A stretch of DNA of 64,000 nt from an uncultured virus (IMG/VR IMGVR_UViG_3300016472_001095) (IMGVR_UViG_3300016472_001095), one strand, 5' to 3'. Positions 1 to 9,899 are shown, counted from the first letter of the stretch. Notes: generated by a model not told the origin, from the sequence alone. Numbers and translations: made by a program.

Positions 1-1326
1 GAAAAGAGAAAGTTTATTGAAGATATTTTTAATCTAGGTGTATTTGGTGAAATGTTAGATATTTTAAAAAGTGATATTAATGAGAATAAAAAAGTTTTTG
101 ATTTAGAAGCAACCAAACACGATGAAATCACTAAGAATATTTTATCTCTTGTAAAACAGCAGGAAAATCTCTCACAAGAGAGATTGCGCAAAAAAGAAAA
201 ATACCTTACCAGACAAACTAGTAATGCTAGCGAAATAAATGATATTGTAAAAAAACTAAATGTATTTGTATTACCGGATATTCAGGAAATTAAAAAGAAT
301 ATCTCTGAACAGGAAGCTAATAGCGCAAAAGCTGATAAAAAGCTTCAAGAAATTAGGCATTCTATATCTGAAAATACTACGTTAATATCACAAGCTAACA
401 AGAAGCTTTCTTCTGTAGGAACAGACAAAGACGTTTGTCCTACATGCCTGAGAAGCATTCAAGATGTAGATAGAAATCATATTAAAAATGAAAAGAAAAA
501 GGTTAATTTAGAAATTGAGAGCTGTGAAGATACTATTTTAAAGCTTAAAGAGGATGAAAAGCAATTTATTTCAGTGCAAAATAAAATAGATGAAAAAATA
601 CAAAAGCTTCGAGATAGCCTTATCTCTTATCAACATAAAGTAAAGGAAAAAGATAATTTAACTTCTCGACTTAATCAACTTAATACATGGCAAAAAGAAT
701 TAGAGCAGGATTTAAAAGAATTAGAAAATGACGGGCTGTCTTTTGATAATGTTATTAAAGAGCAAAAAGATAGACTAGAGCAGGTTAAACTGCAAATTGA
801 AAGTATAAAGGATAAACTTGGAATGCTTGATGTAGCTAAATTTGTTGTCTCAGAAGAAGGAGTTAAATCATATATTGTCAAAAAGATGCTTCAACTCTTT
901 AATAGTAAACTTGCATATTATCTCAAAAAAATGGACGCCAATTGTATATGCACTTTTAACGAGTATTTTGAAGAAGAAATTATTGATAGCAGAGGTAAGC
1001 CCTGCTCATACTTTAATTTTAGCGGTGCGGAAAGAAAAAATATTGATTTAGCTTGCTTGTTTACATTTATGGATATAAGAAGATTGCAAGGAGATGTAAC
1101 TTTTAACTTCAGTATTTATGATGAGCTTTTTGATTCGAGTTTAGATGAAAAGGGTGTAGAGCTTGTAATAGGTATTTTGAAAGAAAGAGTTGAGAAATAT
1201 AACGAGTGTATTATGGTAATTAGTCATAGAAAAGAAAGTATTAAAGCTGCGACCGGCGATATTATCTTTTTAGAAAAGTCTAACGGTATTACTAAGAGAG
1301 TTGATTATAAAGAGTATAGCAGTTAA
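1..1326 (+). CDS. gp46: Recombination endonuclease ATPase subunit (T4 gp46 / SbcC-Rad50 family), 5'-truncated by the window
   Basis: Frame open from position 1 (EKRKFIEDIF...). Coiled coil with CPTC zinc hook, ABC signature FSGAERK, Walker B/D-loop IYDELFDSSLD, H-loop ISHR. Confidence 0.93.
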   Translation, partial: EKRKFIEDIFNLGVFGEMLDILKSDINENKKVFDLEATKHDEITKNILSLVKQQENLSQERLRKKEKYLTRQTSNASEINDIVKKLNVFVLPDIQEIKKNISEQEANSAKADKKLQEIRHSISENTTLISQANKKLSSVGTDKDVCPTCLRSIQDVDRNHIKNEKKKVNLEIESCEDTILKLKEDEKQFISVQNKIDEKIQKLRDSLISYQHKVKEKDNLTSRLNQLNTWQKELEQDLKELENDGLSFDNVIKEQKDRLEQVKLQIESIKDKLGMLDVAKFVVSEEGVKSYIVKKMLQLFNSKLAYYLKKMDANCICTFNEYFEEEIIDSRGKPCSYFNFSGAERKNIDLACLFTFMDIRRLQGDVTFNFSIYDELFDSSLDEKGVELVIGILKERVEKYNECIMVISHRKESIKAATGDIIFLEKSNGITKRVDYKEYSS

Positions 1327-1334
1327 TATTAGTT

Positions 1335-2555
1335 ATGCAGTCTCTTCCCTTTGCCTCTCCTTTTGTCTCACCCTTTGCAAATCCGATTGTTTCTCCTTTT
1401 GGTAATTTAAACGTACCTAGAGAGCAAAGTCTTCCCCGCCCACCTGAAATGGATTTAAAGAGGGCTATGAACTACTACGCAGATTACAGTGGTTGCGGTT
1501 TCTGGAGAATGATATGGCCGGAGCACGTTTTAAATGCTCATCAAAAGCTAGTTATGCACGGAAGCACGGTAATGTGTTTTGATCCTAATTATTATCGAGG
1601 AACAGAGTGTATTCGAATTCAAAGACAAGCAACTGTTAGCCAATTAAGATTTGTAAAATTTTTAAAAGAATTAAGCTCTAAAGTCGGATTTAGAATGGTT
1701 TATGAAATAGACGATCTGGTTTTTAGCGAAGATATCCCAGAATACAATAAGTTTAAGCCAGCATTTACTGATCCAGAGATAAGAAAAACTGCACAAACTA
1801 TTATGGAGATGTGTGATGAAATTACTGTAACATGTGATTTCATGAAAGAGTATTATTTAGATAAAACTGCAAACAAAAATATAACGGTAATACCAAACTA
1901 TCCACCGAAGTTTTGGATGGGTAATTACTATGATGAAAAAAGGATCTCATCTAATTTTGATGAGTTTTCTAGCAAGCCAAGAATTCTTTATGCGGGCTCC
2001 GGCGCACATTTTGATGTTGATAACCGAGTAGGCCAGAATGATGACTTTTATCATGTAATTGATGCAATAATTAAAACAAGAAAAAAATATCAATGGGTAT
2101 TTTTAGGAGCGTTTCCTCTCCCCTTGAAGCCGTATGTTCAAAACGGTGATCTAGAATTTCACACCTGGCAACAGCTTTATTCTTACCCGGAGAAGATTTT
2201 TAACCTAAAAGTTAATATGATGGTCGCGCCCTTACAAAACAATACCTTTAATAAAGCAAAAAGCGATTTAAAGTATATTGAAGCATGCTGCTACGGGCTA
2301 CCTATTGCTTGTCAAGATTTAGTAACATACAGTAACGCACCTATAAAATTTAATACAGGAGACGAAATGATAGGTCAGATAGAAGAAACCTTAGCCAAAA
2401 AAGGTAAATATATGAATATGTGTGCAAGATATCGTAAGGTTGCAGAAGATCGTTGGCTTGAAAATGAAGATAATATAAACAAATATGTAGAACTTTATAC
2501 CTTGCCTTTTGGGCATCCTAATAGAAGTTTATTAAACAAAATTAATAATTTATGA
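1335..2555 (+). CDS. Glycosyltransferase, GT-B fold (GT4-like)
   Basis: SGCGFWRM, YEIDDL, APLQNNTFNKAKSDLKYIEACCYGLP motifs typical of phage GT-B proteins. Confidence 0.78.
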   Translation: MQSLPFASPFVSPFANPIVSPFGNLNVPREQSLPRPPEMDLKRAMNYYADYSGCGFWRMIWPEHVLNAHQKLVMHGSTVMCFDPNYYRGTECIRIQRQATVSQLRFVKFLKELSSKVGFRMVYEIDDLVFSEDIPEYNKFKPAFTDPEIRKTAQTIMEMCDEITVTCDFMKEYYLDKTANKNITVIPNYPPKFWMGNYYDEKRISSNFDEFSSKPRILYAGSGAHFDVDNRVGQNDDFYHVIDAIIKTRKKYQWVFLGAFPLPLKPYVQNGDLEFHTWQQLYSYPEKIFNLKVNMMVAPLQNNTFNKAKSDLKYIEACCYGLPIACQDLVTYSNAPIKFNTGDEMIGQIEETLAKKGKYMNMCARYRKVAEDRWLENEDNINKYVELYTLPFGHPNRSLLNKINNL

Positions 2556-2731
2556 GAAAGCTGTCAAAAAAAGAGATTAAAAGGTTAGAAGAAGAGGGGC
2601 GCTTAAGAGATTTAGTAGAAATTTGGGTCGATCGACATAATCATAAATTAGAATTGTTAAGAACCTTTACAAGTCTAGTAGCTGCTATTTGTTCAGCTAT
2701 AGTACTTTTTAAGATTGTTCTACATTTGTAA
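2552..2731 (+). CDS. Small hypothetical membrane protein (59 aa, not in the ORF track)
   Basis: ATG overlaps the upstream TGA (ATGA). Translation MRKLSKKEIKRLEEEGRLRDLVEIWVDRHNHKLELLRTFTSLVAAICSAIVLFKIVLHL has a C-terminal hydrophobic segment and fills the gap exactly. Confidence 0.65.
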   Translation: MRKLSKKEIKRLEEEGRLRDLVEIWVDRHNHKLELLRTFTSLVAAICSAIVLFKIVLHL

Positions 2732-2765
2732 TTGTACTTTTTATTAATGTAGTTATAATAGTATT
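2732..2765 (+). promoter_or_regulatory. Sigma70-type promoter, leaderless geometry, for DNA polymerase
   Basis: TTGTAC(2732)-16 nt-TATAAT(2754)-6 nt-GTG(2766). Confidence 0.75.
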
Positions 2766-5354
2766 GTGTATAGAAATGTTGCATATCTTCCTAGAGAGCA
2801 GCTTATGCGGCTATTTACTTGGGATAATGAGGGTAAAAGAGTAGCCCTTGATACAACCTATGAGCCGTACATTTATCTCGAAACAAATAATCATCCTGAC
2901 TGTACTAGTATCTTTAACACCAAATTAAAGAAAAAAAGATTTAAAAATCAAGCTGAACGCTCTAGATATTTAAAAGACAATAAAATTGTAAGAGTATTTG
3001 AAAATCTTAATATTCAACAGCAATTTTTAATTGATAATTTCTGGGAGCACAATGAAAAAGAGGATTTTACTAAACATCAAATAAGAGTTTTGTTTATTGA
3101 TATTGAGACTTACAGTCCCGATGAGTTTCCTAAACCCGACGATCCCACCCATCCCATTAATATTATTACAGTTTATGATACACTAAGAAATAAGTTTATT
3201 ACCTGGGGACTAAAAGCATATCATAAAAATATTGAAAACGGGCTATATATTTATTGTAAAACTGAGAAAGAGTTGTTATCAAAATTTTTAAGTTTTTTTA
3301 CTTCTGATTATCCCGATATACTCTCAGGCTGGAATAGTGAATTTTTTGACGTACCTTATATTATTAATAGAATAACCCGAATTCTTGGTGAGGATGAGAC
3401 AAAAAAATTATCACCAGTTGGTTATATTAGACCTATTATGTTCAAAGGTAAGTTTGGTAGAGAACAGGTGCACTGGCACATAGAGGGCGTTTCATGTGTA
3501 GATTACCTAGACATTTATAAAAGATTTTGCCCTACATTACGCGAATCATATAAACTTGATTCTATTGGTGAGATTGAATTGGGTGAAAATAAGATTGATT
3601 ACGGTGATACTAATCTTACTAGCCTTGCAGATGATAATTGGGAATTGTTTGTAGAGTATAATATCCAGGACGTTAATTTGCTGGTAAGGTTAGAGCAAAA
3701 ACTTCAATATCTTGAATTATTAAGGATGATTGCTTATGCGGGGTTAACTACATTTGAAGGCGCTCTTGGTTCATTATCAGTAATTACGGGTTTATGTGCT
3801 ATTAGAGCGAGGTCTCGTAATCAAAGAATCCCTACTTTTAATAAGGAAGTTCACAGCGATGAACAAAATGCTGGTGCGTATGTTGGTGAACCACGCAAAG
3901 GGTTTCAGGAGAATATAGTTTCATTTGACGCTAATAGTCTATATCCAAATGTTATGATAACATTAAACCTCTCTCCTGAAACAAAGGTAGGGGTAATCAC
4001 AGATAAAAATGATAAAGAAATAACTATACAGCATGTAAACGGACAAGAATTTAAATTATCACATCAAAGCTTTGTTGATTTTGTAAAGAAAGAAAAGATA
4101 GCTATTTCAAAAGCAAAAGTTTTATTTACTCAGAAAGAAAAAGGAATTATACCGGTAACTGTAGATCATTTTTACAAGAAGAGAGTAGAGATTAAAAGAC
4201 AGCTTAAACTTTTACAAAAGAAAATTATTTCTATAGAGAAAAACACAGATGAGTATAAGCAACTCAAATTGCAGATAGATAATTTAAATATTACTCAACA
4301 TACTATAAAAATCTTAATTAATACCATATACGGTTATTTCGGTAATAAGCACAGTCCCTTAGGCGATGATCAGCTAGCTGAGAGTATTACTCTTACAGGC
4401 CAAGCTGTAATTAAAGAATCTAATAGATTATTAGAAGAGTATGTAAAAAGTAAGACAGGAATGAGTAATGAAGATATCATAAAAGATACGCCTATAATTT
4501 ACAATGATACTGATAGTTCGTACATTTCTATTAAACATATCGTACAAAAAACAGGATTAAAAATGCTTGATAGTAAGGGTAAAATTACTTCTGAATACTA
4601 TAAAGAGGTACAGTCAATAGAGGACTATCTTAATAAAAATATTGTTGTCTGGGGTCAAACTGCGCTTGGTTCGCAAGATTGTAGGTTAAATTTTAAGAGA
4701 GAAGCTATAGCAGATGCAGGGATTTTTCTACAGAAAAAGAGATATGTACTTCACGTATTAGATGAGGAAGGCATACCATGCAATAAGTTTAAGTATACAG
4801 GGGTAGAAGTGGTTAGGACTACTATGCCTGCGCCTATAAAGCCCCACGTTAAAAAGATTATTGAGACAATGTTATTAACAAAAGACCTAGCAGCTACTAA
4901 TAAAATTTTTAATGAAACTTATGAAATATTTAAAAACCTTAGCGTAGAAGATATAGCTTTTGTAATGGGCATTAAGGGGTATGAGAAATATTCATCGATG
5001 TGTGACGGCTTTAAGACAGCAAAACATATGCCTATTCACGTAAAAGCTGCATATTTTTATAATATTTTGCTCGATAGGTTTAATACAGGTAAAAAGTATG
5101 AAAAGATATCATCTGGAGATAAAGTAAGATATTTTTATGCTAAACAGCCCAACAAATTCGGTATATCTACTATCGGCTATAAGTATTCCTTTCCTAAAGA
5201 ATTTAATGATGTGTTCGAACCTGATCACGAATTAATGTTTGAGAAAATTATTTTCTCAGTTATTGAGAGATTTTATGATGCAGTTAATTGGAAGCTTCAA
5301 TCCCCAGGGACACAGGTTCAAACTGACCTTTTTGATCTACTAAAAGAAAGTTGA
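2766..5354 (+). CDS. gp43: Family B DNA polymerase (T4 gp43-like)
   Basis: Exonuclease motifs DIET, GWNSEFFD, YNIQD. Polymerase motifs SFDANSLYP, KILINTIYG, YNDTDS, KKRY. Confidence 0.97.
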   Translation: MYRNVAYLPREQLMRLFTWDNEGKRVALDTTYEPYIYLETNNHPDCTSIFNTKLKKKRFKNQAERSRYLKDNKIVRVFENLNIQQQFLIDNFWEHNEKEDFTKHQIRVLFIDIETYSPDEFPKPDDPTHPINIITVYDTLRNKFITWGLKAYHKNIENGLYIYCKTEKELLSKFLSFFTSDYPDILSGWNSEFFDVPYIINRITRILGEDETKKLSPVGYIRPIMFKGKFGREQVHWHIEGVSCVDYLDIYKRFCPTLRESYKLDSIGEIELGENKIDYGDTNLTSLADDNWELFVEYNIQDVNLLVRLEQKLQYLELLRMIAYAGLTTFEGALGSLSVITGLCAIRARSRNQRIPTFNKEVHSDEQNAGAYVGEPRKGFQENIVSFDANSLYPNVMITLNLSPETKVGVITDKNDKEITIQHVNGQEFKLSHQSFVDFVKKEKIAISKAKVLFTQKEKGIIPVTVDHFYKKRVEIKRQLKLLQKKIISIEKNTDEYKQLKLQIDNLNITQHTIKILINTIYGYFGNKHSPLGDDQLAESITLTGQAVIKESNRLLEEYVKSKTGMSNEDIIKDTPIIYNDTDSSYISIKHIVQKTGLKMLDSKGKITSEYYKEVQSIEDYLNKNIVVWGQTALGSQDCRLNFKREAIADAGIFLQKKRYVLHVLDEEGIPCNKFKYTGVEVVRTTMPAPIKPHVKKIIETMLLTKDLAATNKIFNETYEIFKNLSVEDIAFVMGIKGYEKYSSMCDGFKTAKHMPIHVKAAYFYNILLDRFNTGKKYEKISSGDKVRYFYAKQPNKFGISTIGYKYSFPKEFNDVFEPDHELMFEKIIFSVIERFYDAVNWKLQSPGTQVQTDLFDLLKES

Positions 5355-5384
5355 TTTTAAATTACTATAACATAATATATCTAC

Positions 5385-5741
5385 ATGAGTAAAGAAAATA
5401 TTGTCACTTTTATCGATCACATTGGTAGAACTATTATTGCAACACATGTTGACCAAGATAAGTCACATTTAACTGTTAAAAACCCTGCCATTATCCATGT
5501 TCAACCTACGCAGAACGGTCAGCTAAATGTGCAGACAATTCCTTTATTTTTTAGAGAATTTGTTGGTGAAAAATCTAAAGCTACAGGAACTACATGGAAG
5601 TTTAATTTACAAAATATTGTTCTAGGTATTGACATTGACAATGATCCTCGTCTGTTAGAACAATATAATAAGCTTTTTACTTTTGTAGCTCCATCCCCTG
5701 CAAAAGAATCAGCTCCTGTAATTAAGTTGTTCGACGAATAA
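5385..5741 (+). CDS. Hypothetical protein
   Basis: 118 aa ORF preceded by TTGATT(5351)-16-TAATAT(5373)-6-ATG. Confidence 0.7.
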   Translation: MSKENIVTFIDHIGRTIIATHVDQDKSHLTVKNPAIIHVQPTQNGQLNVQTIPLFFREFVGEKSKATGTTWKFNLQNIVLGIDIDNDPRLLEQYNKLFTFVAPSPAKESAPVIKLFDE

Positions 5742-5749
5742 TATTTTAC

Positions 5750-5783
5750 TTGTTTTTTATTTTTCAGTCTTTATACTAGTTTT
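5750..5783 (+). promoter_or_regulatory. Sigma70-type promoter, leaderless geometry, for uvsX-queC
   Basis: TTGTTT(5750)-16-TATACT(5772)-6-ATG(5784). Confidence 0.65.
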
Positions 5784-6902
5784 ATGAGTAAAGACCTTAA
5801 TAAAATATTTGCGTCACTAGATAAGCTTAATAGCGAAGCTTCTTTTTTAAACGAAAATGCACTTAGTAAAGTTGATGAGTGGTTTGATACTGGATGCTAT
5901 GCTCTTAACGCTATTCTTGGCGGGAGTTGTCGCAACGGTGGCGTACCTAAGGGAAGAATAACAGGATTCTCTGGACCTAGTCAAACTGGTAAGACTTTTA
6001 TTGTAAATAAGATTTTAGCTACTGCTCAAAAAAAAGGTATTACTCCCGTTATATTTGATACTGAAATAGCTATTGATGAAAATAGTACAAAAGGTGTAGG
6101 TTTGGATCCCGAAAATGTAAAATATGTGCCTGTTGACACCATTGATCAGTGTCGTAATCAAGTTAGTGCACTACTCGATAGTATTATAGAAAATGATGCT
6201 AGAGGTAAATTTATACTTAGTATTGACAGTTTAGGCAATCTTGCTTCACAGAAAGAGCTCGATGACGTAGCTAAAGATAAATCTGCAGCGGATATGGGTC
6301 TTCGTGCAAAGTCTTTAAAGAGTATGTTTCGCACTTTAACCTTTAAGGCTGCAAAGGCTGGCGTTACAATTCTTTTTACCAATCATACGTATGATGATCC
6401 AGCTGCAATGTTCCCAAGTCTTGTGAAGAATCAAGCCGGTGGCTCAGGCCCTGTATATATGGCAAGTATACTTGTACAGCTTGCCAAGCGCCACGAGAAG
6501 GAGGGCGAAGGTGATTCTATGGATGTAGAGGACAAGAAGCTAGCAGAAGCCAATAAATACAGCGGTACAACACTTCGTGCATTGACTGTAAAGAATCGCT
6601 TCTTGCCTCCGTTTTTAGAGACTGAAATGTATCTTTCTTTTAAAACCGGTCTTAACAAGTACAGTGGATTGCTTGGTATGGCTGCAGTGAGAGGTATCGT
6701 TGAACAAAACGGTGCCACATACACAGTGGGGATTACAAGCGGTAAGTACAAGAAGGGTGATAAACTAGGGTATGCAAAGACTTTTGCAAAAGATCCTGCT
6801 TTCTACGAGGAATTTATTATTCCTGAGTTAGATAAGAGATTAATAGAGGAATACAAATATAATGCCAACGAAGAAGGTAAAGAAGAAGAACCTATCGAGT
6901 AG
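5784..6902 (+). CDS. uvsX: RecA-like recombinase UvsX
   Basis: DTGCYALN, Walker A GPSQTGKT, IDSLGNLAS, ADMGLRAK, FTNHTY, GGSGPVY, KNRF. Confidence 0.95.
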   Translation: MSKDLNKIFASLDKLNSEASFLNENALSKVDEWFDTGCYALNAILGGSCRNGGVPKGRITGFSGPSQTGKTFIVNKILATAQKKGITPVIFDTEIAIDENSTKGVGLDPENVKYVPVDTIDQCRNQVSALLDSIIENDARGKFILSIDSLGNLASQKELDDVAKDKSAADMGLRAKSLKSMFRTLTFKAAKAGVTILFTNHTYDDPAAMFPSLVKNQAGGSGPVYMASILVQLAKRHEKEGEGDSMDVEDKKLAEANKYSGTTLRALTVKNRFLPPFLETEMYLSFKTGLNKYSGLLGMAAVRGIVEQNGATYTVGITSGKYKKGDKLGYAKTFAKDPAFYEEFIIPELDKRLIEEYKYNANEEGKEEEPIE

Positions 6903-7632
6903 GGCTGTAGTCCCTGTTAGTGGTGGCATGGACAGCTCAGTACTGCTTCATTTAGCAGCTGAACGGTATGATAAGATAGTTGCTGTAAGCTTTGCATATG
7001 GTCAAAAGCACGGGGTAGAAATAATTTATGCTACACGACAGCTAGGCCAAGTACTTAAAAAAGTGGGCGAAAAAAATATAGTACATAAAATTATTAATTT
7101 ACCGTTTTTTAAGGATGTTTGTCAGGTTTCTTCACTTCTTAACAATAAGATTGCAGTAGCTAAAGCCAAGGACGTAATGGGAGATCCGCAAACAGTAAAC
7201 TATGTACCTTACAGAAATACGATGCTGCTAAGTATTGCATTAGCAATAGCTGAAAACTGCGGTGCTTCTACTGTTTTTCATGGTGCTGCGCAGGCTGATA
7301 GTGTTGCGGGATTTTGGGATGGGAGTGAGGAATTTTTAGAACAAATTAACAAACTTTCATCACTCAATAGACGGAACAAGATAACCGTTCAAGCTCCTTT
7401 AATCAAAAAATCTAAATCAGATATTATTAAATTAGGTATAAAGTTGGGAGTAGATTTTAGTCAAACATGGACTTGTTATGAGGGCGGAGAACAGGCCTGC
7501 GGTGAATGTACTGCGTGTTCTTTGAGAATAAAAGGCTTTATTGACGCTGGTTATATAGACCCGGTAAATTATAAAACATTAATACCTTGGGAAAAATATA
7601 AGTGTAAGTTAATCTATAACTCTGCAAAATAA
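6862..7632 (+). CDS. queC: QueC-family (7-cyano-7-deazaguanine synthase-like) PP-loop ATPase
   Basis: PP-loop SGGMDS, YGQKH, YVPYRN, zinc site TWTCY..CGECTAC..R. The usual GYPDC motif reads GFWDG. Confidence 0.88.
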   Translation: MPTKKVKKKNLSSRAVVPVSGGMDSSVLLHLAAERYDKIVAVSFAYGQKHGVEIIYATRQLGQVLKKVGEKNIVHKIINLPFFKDVCQVSSLLNNKIAVAKAKDVMGDPQTVNYVPYRNTMLLSIALAIAENCGASTVFHGAAQADSVAGFWDGSEEFLEQINKLSSLNRRNKITVQAPLIKKSKSDIIKLGIKLGVDFSQTWTCYEGGEQACGECTACSLRIKGFIDAGYIDPVNYKTLIPWEKYKCKLIYNSAK

Positions 7633-8705
7633 TATAATTTACCGCTTGTTGTCTTAAAATTAGCAGGGGTATGTGTCCAAGTAAAACCGTCTTCAGAAGT
7701 TAAAATTTGATCAAAATTTGAATATCCGGCAGTAGAAACGTTAGTGACCAGAAGCACAAATTTACCTTGACCATAAGTAAAGCTTCTAATTCCTCCAGAA
7801 AATAGATTAGTTGTTACATTTCCAGGAATCATATTAAATGTAGCTCCATTATCAGTAGAATATACTGCTTTCATAGAATCGCCCAACACTACCCATTTAC
7901 CGTTTCCATAAGCTATAGATTGAGGATAGGAAAAGGTACTAGTATTAGGCCCACTTGAAGCGGCCCAGGATATCCCATCAGAAGAATAGCAAATACCATA
8001 AGCAGTGGGATTTACACTGTAACCTGCAGCTAAATATCTATTATTTGCAAATAAAGCTTGAATGTACCACAGGGTAAAAGGAAGAGAGGTTGTTGCCCAA
8101 CTAATACCATCATTTGAGTAGACAGCTGTATTTGTTCTAGTAGCCCCTCTACCCGGGCTTGAAGCTACAAATCTATTATTTCCGTAAGTAATAGAAGAAT
8201 AATGTGATACTGTAGAGCTTGTTGGTAAAGTTGTCTGTATCCAAGAAGCAGCATTATTATTACTGTATGCGCCTCTTCCTAATTGTGTTGTACTGCCACC
8301 TACAGCTGAAAAAATTCCGTTACCGTAAACAACATCAACTAGATTTGCTCCTGAATAAAAAACGCCCCCGTTAGACCATGTAATTCCTTTATCAGCGCTG
8401 TAAATTGATTTAGTAGAGCTTATTAGAACTAAAATATTGTTAACACTATTATAAGCTAAAGATCTCCAAGTATCTGACACTGGTAAGGATCTGCTAGTCC
8501 AGTTGGTACCGTCATCAGAAAAATAAATTAAATTTTGGGTAGAACCAACATATATAAATTTACCTACATTTTTGTTATAAACATTTTTCCATACACCTTC
8601 ATTTTTTACATATCCTTTTTGAACATCTCTCCATTGACCATTATTCTTTACAAATATATTTTTTACAGCTTTCCATGTACCAGAAGATTTAATATATGCA
8701 GGCAT
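7614..8705 (-). CDS. Putative fibre/receptor-binding protein with BNR/Asp-box-like beta-propeller repeats
   Basis: N-terminal YIKSSGTWK/FVKNNGQWR/YVKNEGVWK repeats. Recurring SxDGxxW and YGNGxF motifs. Confidence 0.7.
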   Translation of the reverse strand: MPAYIKSSGTWKAVKNIFVKNNGQWRDVQKGYVKNEGVWKNVYNKNVGKFIYVGSTQNLIYFSDDGTNWTSRSLPVSDTWRSLAYNSVNNILVLISSTKSIYSADKGITWSNGGVFYSGANLVDVVYGNGIFSAVGGSTTQLGRGAYSNNNAASWIQTTLPTSSTVSHYSSITYGNNRFVASSPGRGATRTNTAVYSNDGISWATTSLPFTLWYIQALFANNRYLAAGYSVNPTAYGICYSSDGISWAASSGPNTSTFSYPQSIAYGNGKWVVLGDSMKAVYSTDNGATFNMIPGNVTTNLFSGGIRSFTYGQGKFVLLVTNVSTAGYSNFDQILTSEDGFTWTHTPANFKTTSGKLYYFAEL

Positions 8706-8714
8706 ATATTAATA

Positions 8715-8936
8715 TTAAGTTACTTGATAGTATATATCTCCGTCGTTGCCAGTAGTATTTAATGGCGGACCGGCTGCAGTAGATACAGTTATATTTGGCT
8801 TGCCGGTTATACTTGCAAATGAAACAGGTAAGCTTGATATTTCAGCTTTACTAGTAGCAACTCCATTAGAAAAAGGTATTACGCTAGTACTATCTGGAAT
8901 AGCAGGGCTTAATTCTGATATAGTAACATCACCCAT
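8715..8936 (-). CDS. Small fibre-associated protein with shared N-terminal anchor module
   Basis: MGDVTISELSP...PFSNGVATSKAEISSL resembles the N-termini of 21157-21888 and 22623-23474. C-terminal PP..TGNDGDIYYQ is a fibre motif. Confidence 0.7.
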   Translation of the reverse strand: MGDVTISELSPAIPDSTSVIPFSNGVATSKAEISSLPVSFASITGKPNITVSTAAGPPLNTTGNDGDIYYQVT

Positions 8937-8948
8937 ATAAATCTCTTT

Positions 8949-9851
8949 TTAAGCAGTACTGTACTTGTCAAATTCGTCGAAGCTTCTTCCACCTTTATAA
9001 CCTAGCTCTCTTGCGATTGAAGTAGGCTCGTCTTCTTCAGGATATTCTTCTACCGTTTCCACTTCACCGGTACCTTCGCCTTCTTTTTTCTCAGATGAAG
9101 GTGAAAAACTATTTTTAAATTTTAATGAATCAATAAAGTCCTGTACCATTTCGCTGTCTTTAGCCATCTTTTCATCATAGGCGCGAATAATAGCCTCTTC
9201 TACTTCTTTTTTAAGCTCAGGTGAATTATAAATATCGCTACCACTAGATACAGTTATTTCATCAGGCAATTCATTAAAGATTGGCATCCATTCTTTAATA
9301 AATCTAACATCGTTTTTTATAAAGGTATTTGTTGTAGAAGCTGGTGTTGCAGGTGATGTACCAGGTGCACCGGGAGCAACTACTTTCTTACCCTCTACCC
9401 CAGAGGTAACAGCTTGCTTGACTTGTGCTGGGCTAGCTGCTGCACCACCTTCTACATCTACTCTTAAAACGTTTAACAAATTGTCAACTATTCTAGCAGT
9501 GTATCTAGCTTCAGTACCGCCGAGTTTAAGTTCGTTTTTAATTAAATTTTCTAAATCTGTTCTAAATTTCATCTTAGATCCCGGATAATAAAGCTTATAT
9601 TCTTTACCATCTATAGTATGAATTGCGGGTTTAAAGAGCTTTGTCTGTATTGCTTGAAGTAAACGATTTGCAATTTCTGCTTTTGTTTTACCTTCCTTTG
9701 CAGCTGTTTTACCAATACCATACCCCTTGCCAGGCGCTTTTTCAATATCACCGGTATATCCTAGCTCGTCAGCATATATAGGTGCTTCTTTTAAAACCCT
9801 AGGTTTTTTAGTTAAATAAGCTTCGAAAATAAGCTTTGTATCTTTGTTCAT
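8949..9851 (-). CDS. Hypothetical late protein, possible internal head protein
   Basis: 300 aa ORF with TAAATA 7 nt upstream of the ATG. N-terminus KLIFEAY. Confidence 0.6.
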   Translation of the reverse strand: MNKDTKLIFEAYLTKKPRVLKEAPIYADELGYTGDIEKAPGKGYGIGKTAAKEGKTKAEIANRLLQAIQTKLFKPAIHTIDGKEYKLYYPGSKMKFRTDLENLIKNELKLGGTEARYTARIVDNLLNVLRVDVEGGAAASPAQVKQAVTSGVEGKKVVAPGAPGTSPATPASTTNTFIKNDVRFIKEWMPIFNELPDEITVSSGSDIYNSPELKKEVEEAIIRAYDEKMAKDSEMVQDFIDSLKFKNSFSPSSEKKEGEGTGEVETVEEYPEEDEPTSIARELGYKGGRSFDEFDKYSTA

Positions 9852-9852
9852 C

Positions 9853-9899
9853 TTGAATTATTTATTCTTTATATTATAATAAATCAGGAGGTTATAGCT
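9853..9899 (+). promoter_or_regulatory. Sigma70-type promoter plus perfect Shine-Dalgarno for the amidotransferase, overlapping a divergent late promoter
   Basis: TTGAAT(9853)-16-TATAAT(9875). AGGAGG at 9886-9891, 8 nt before ATT(9900). Minus-strand TAAATA at 9859-9864. Confidence 0.75.

Noticed and set aside
8706..8717. Possible stop-codon read-through fusing the 73 aa anchor ORF to the in-frame 363 aa propeller ORF
   Set aside because: The junction reads TAA-TAT-TAA-TAT-ATG, two ochre stops, so two separate proteins are more likely.
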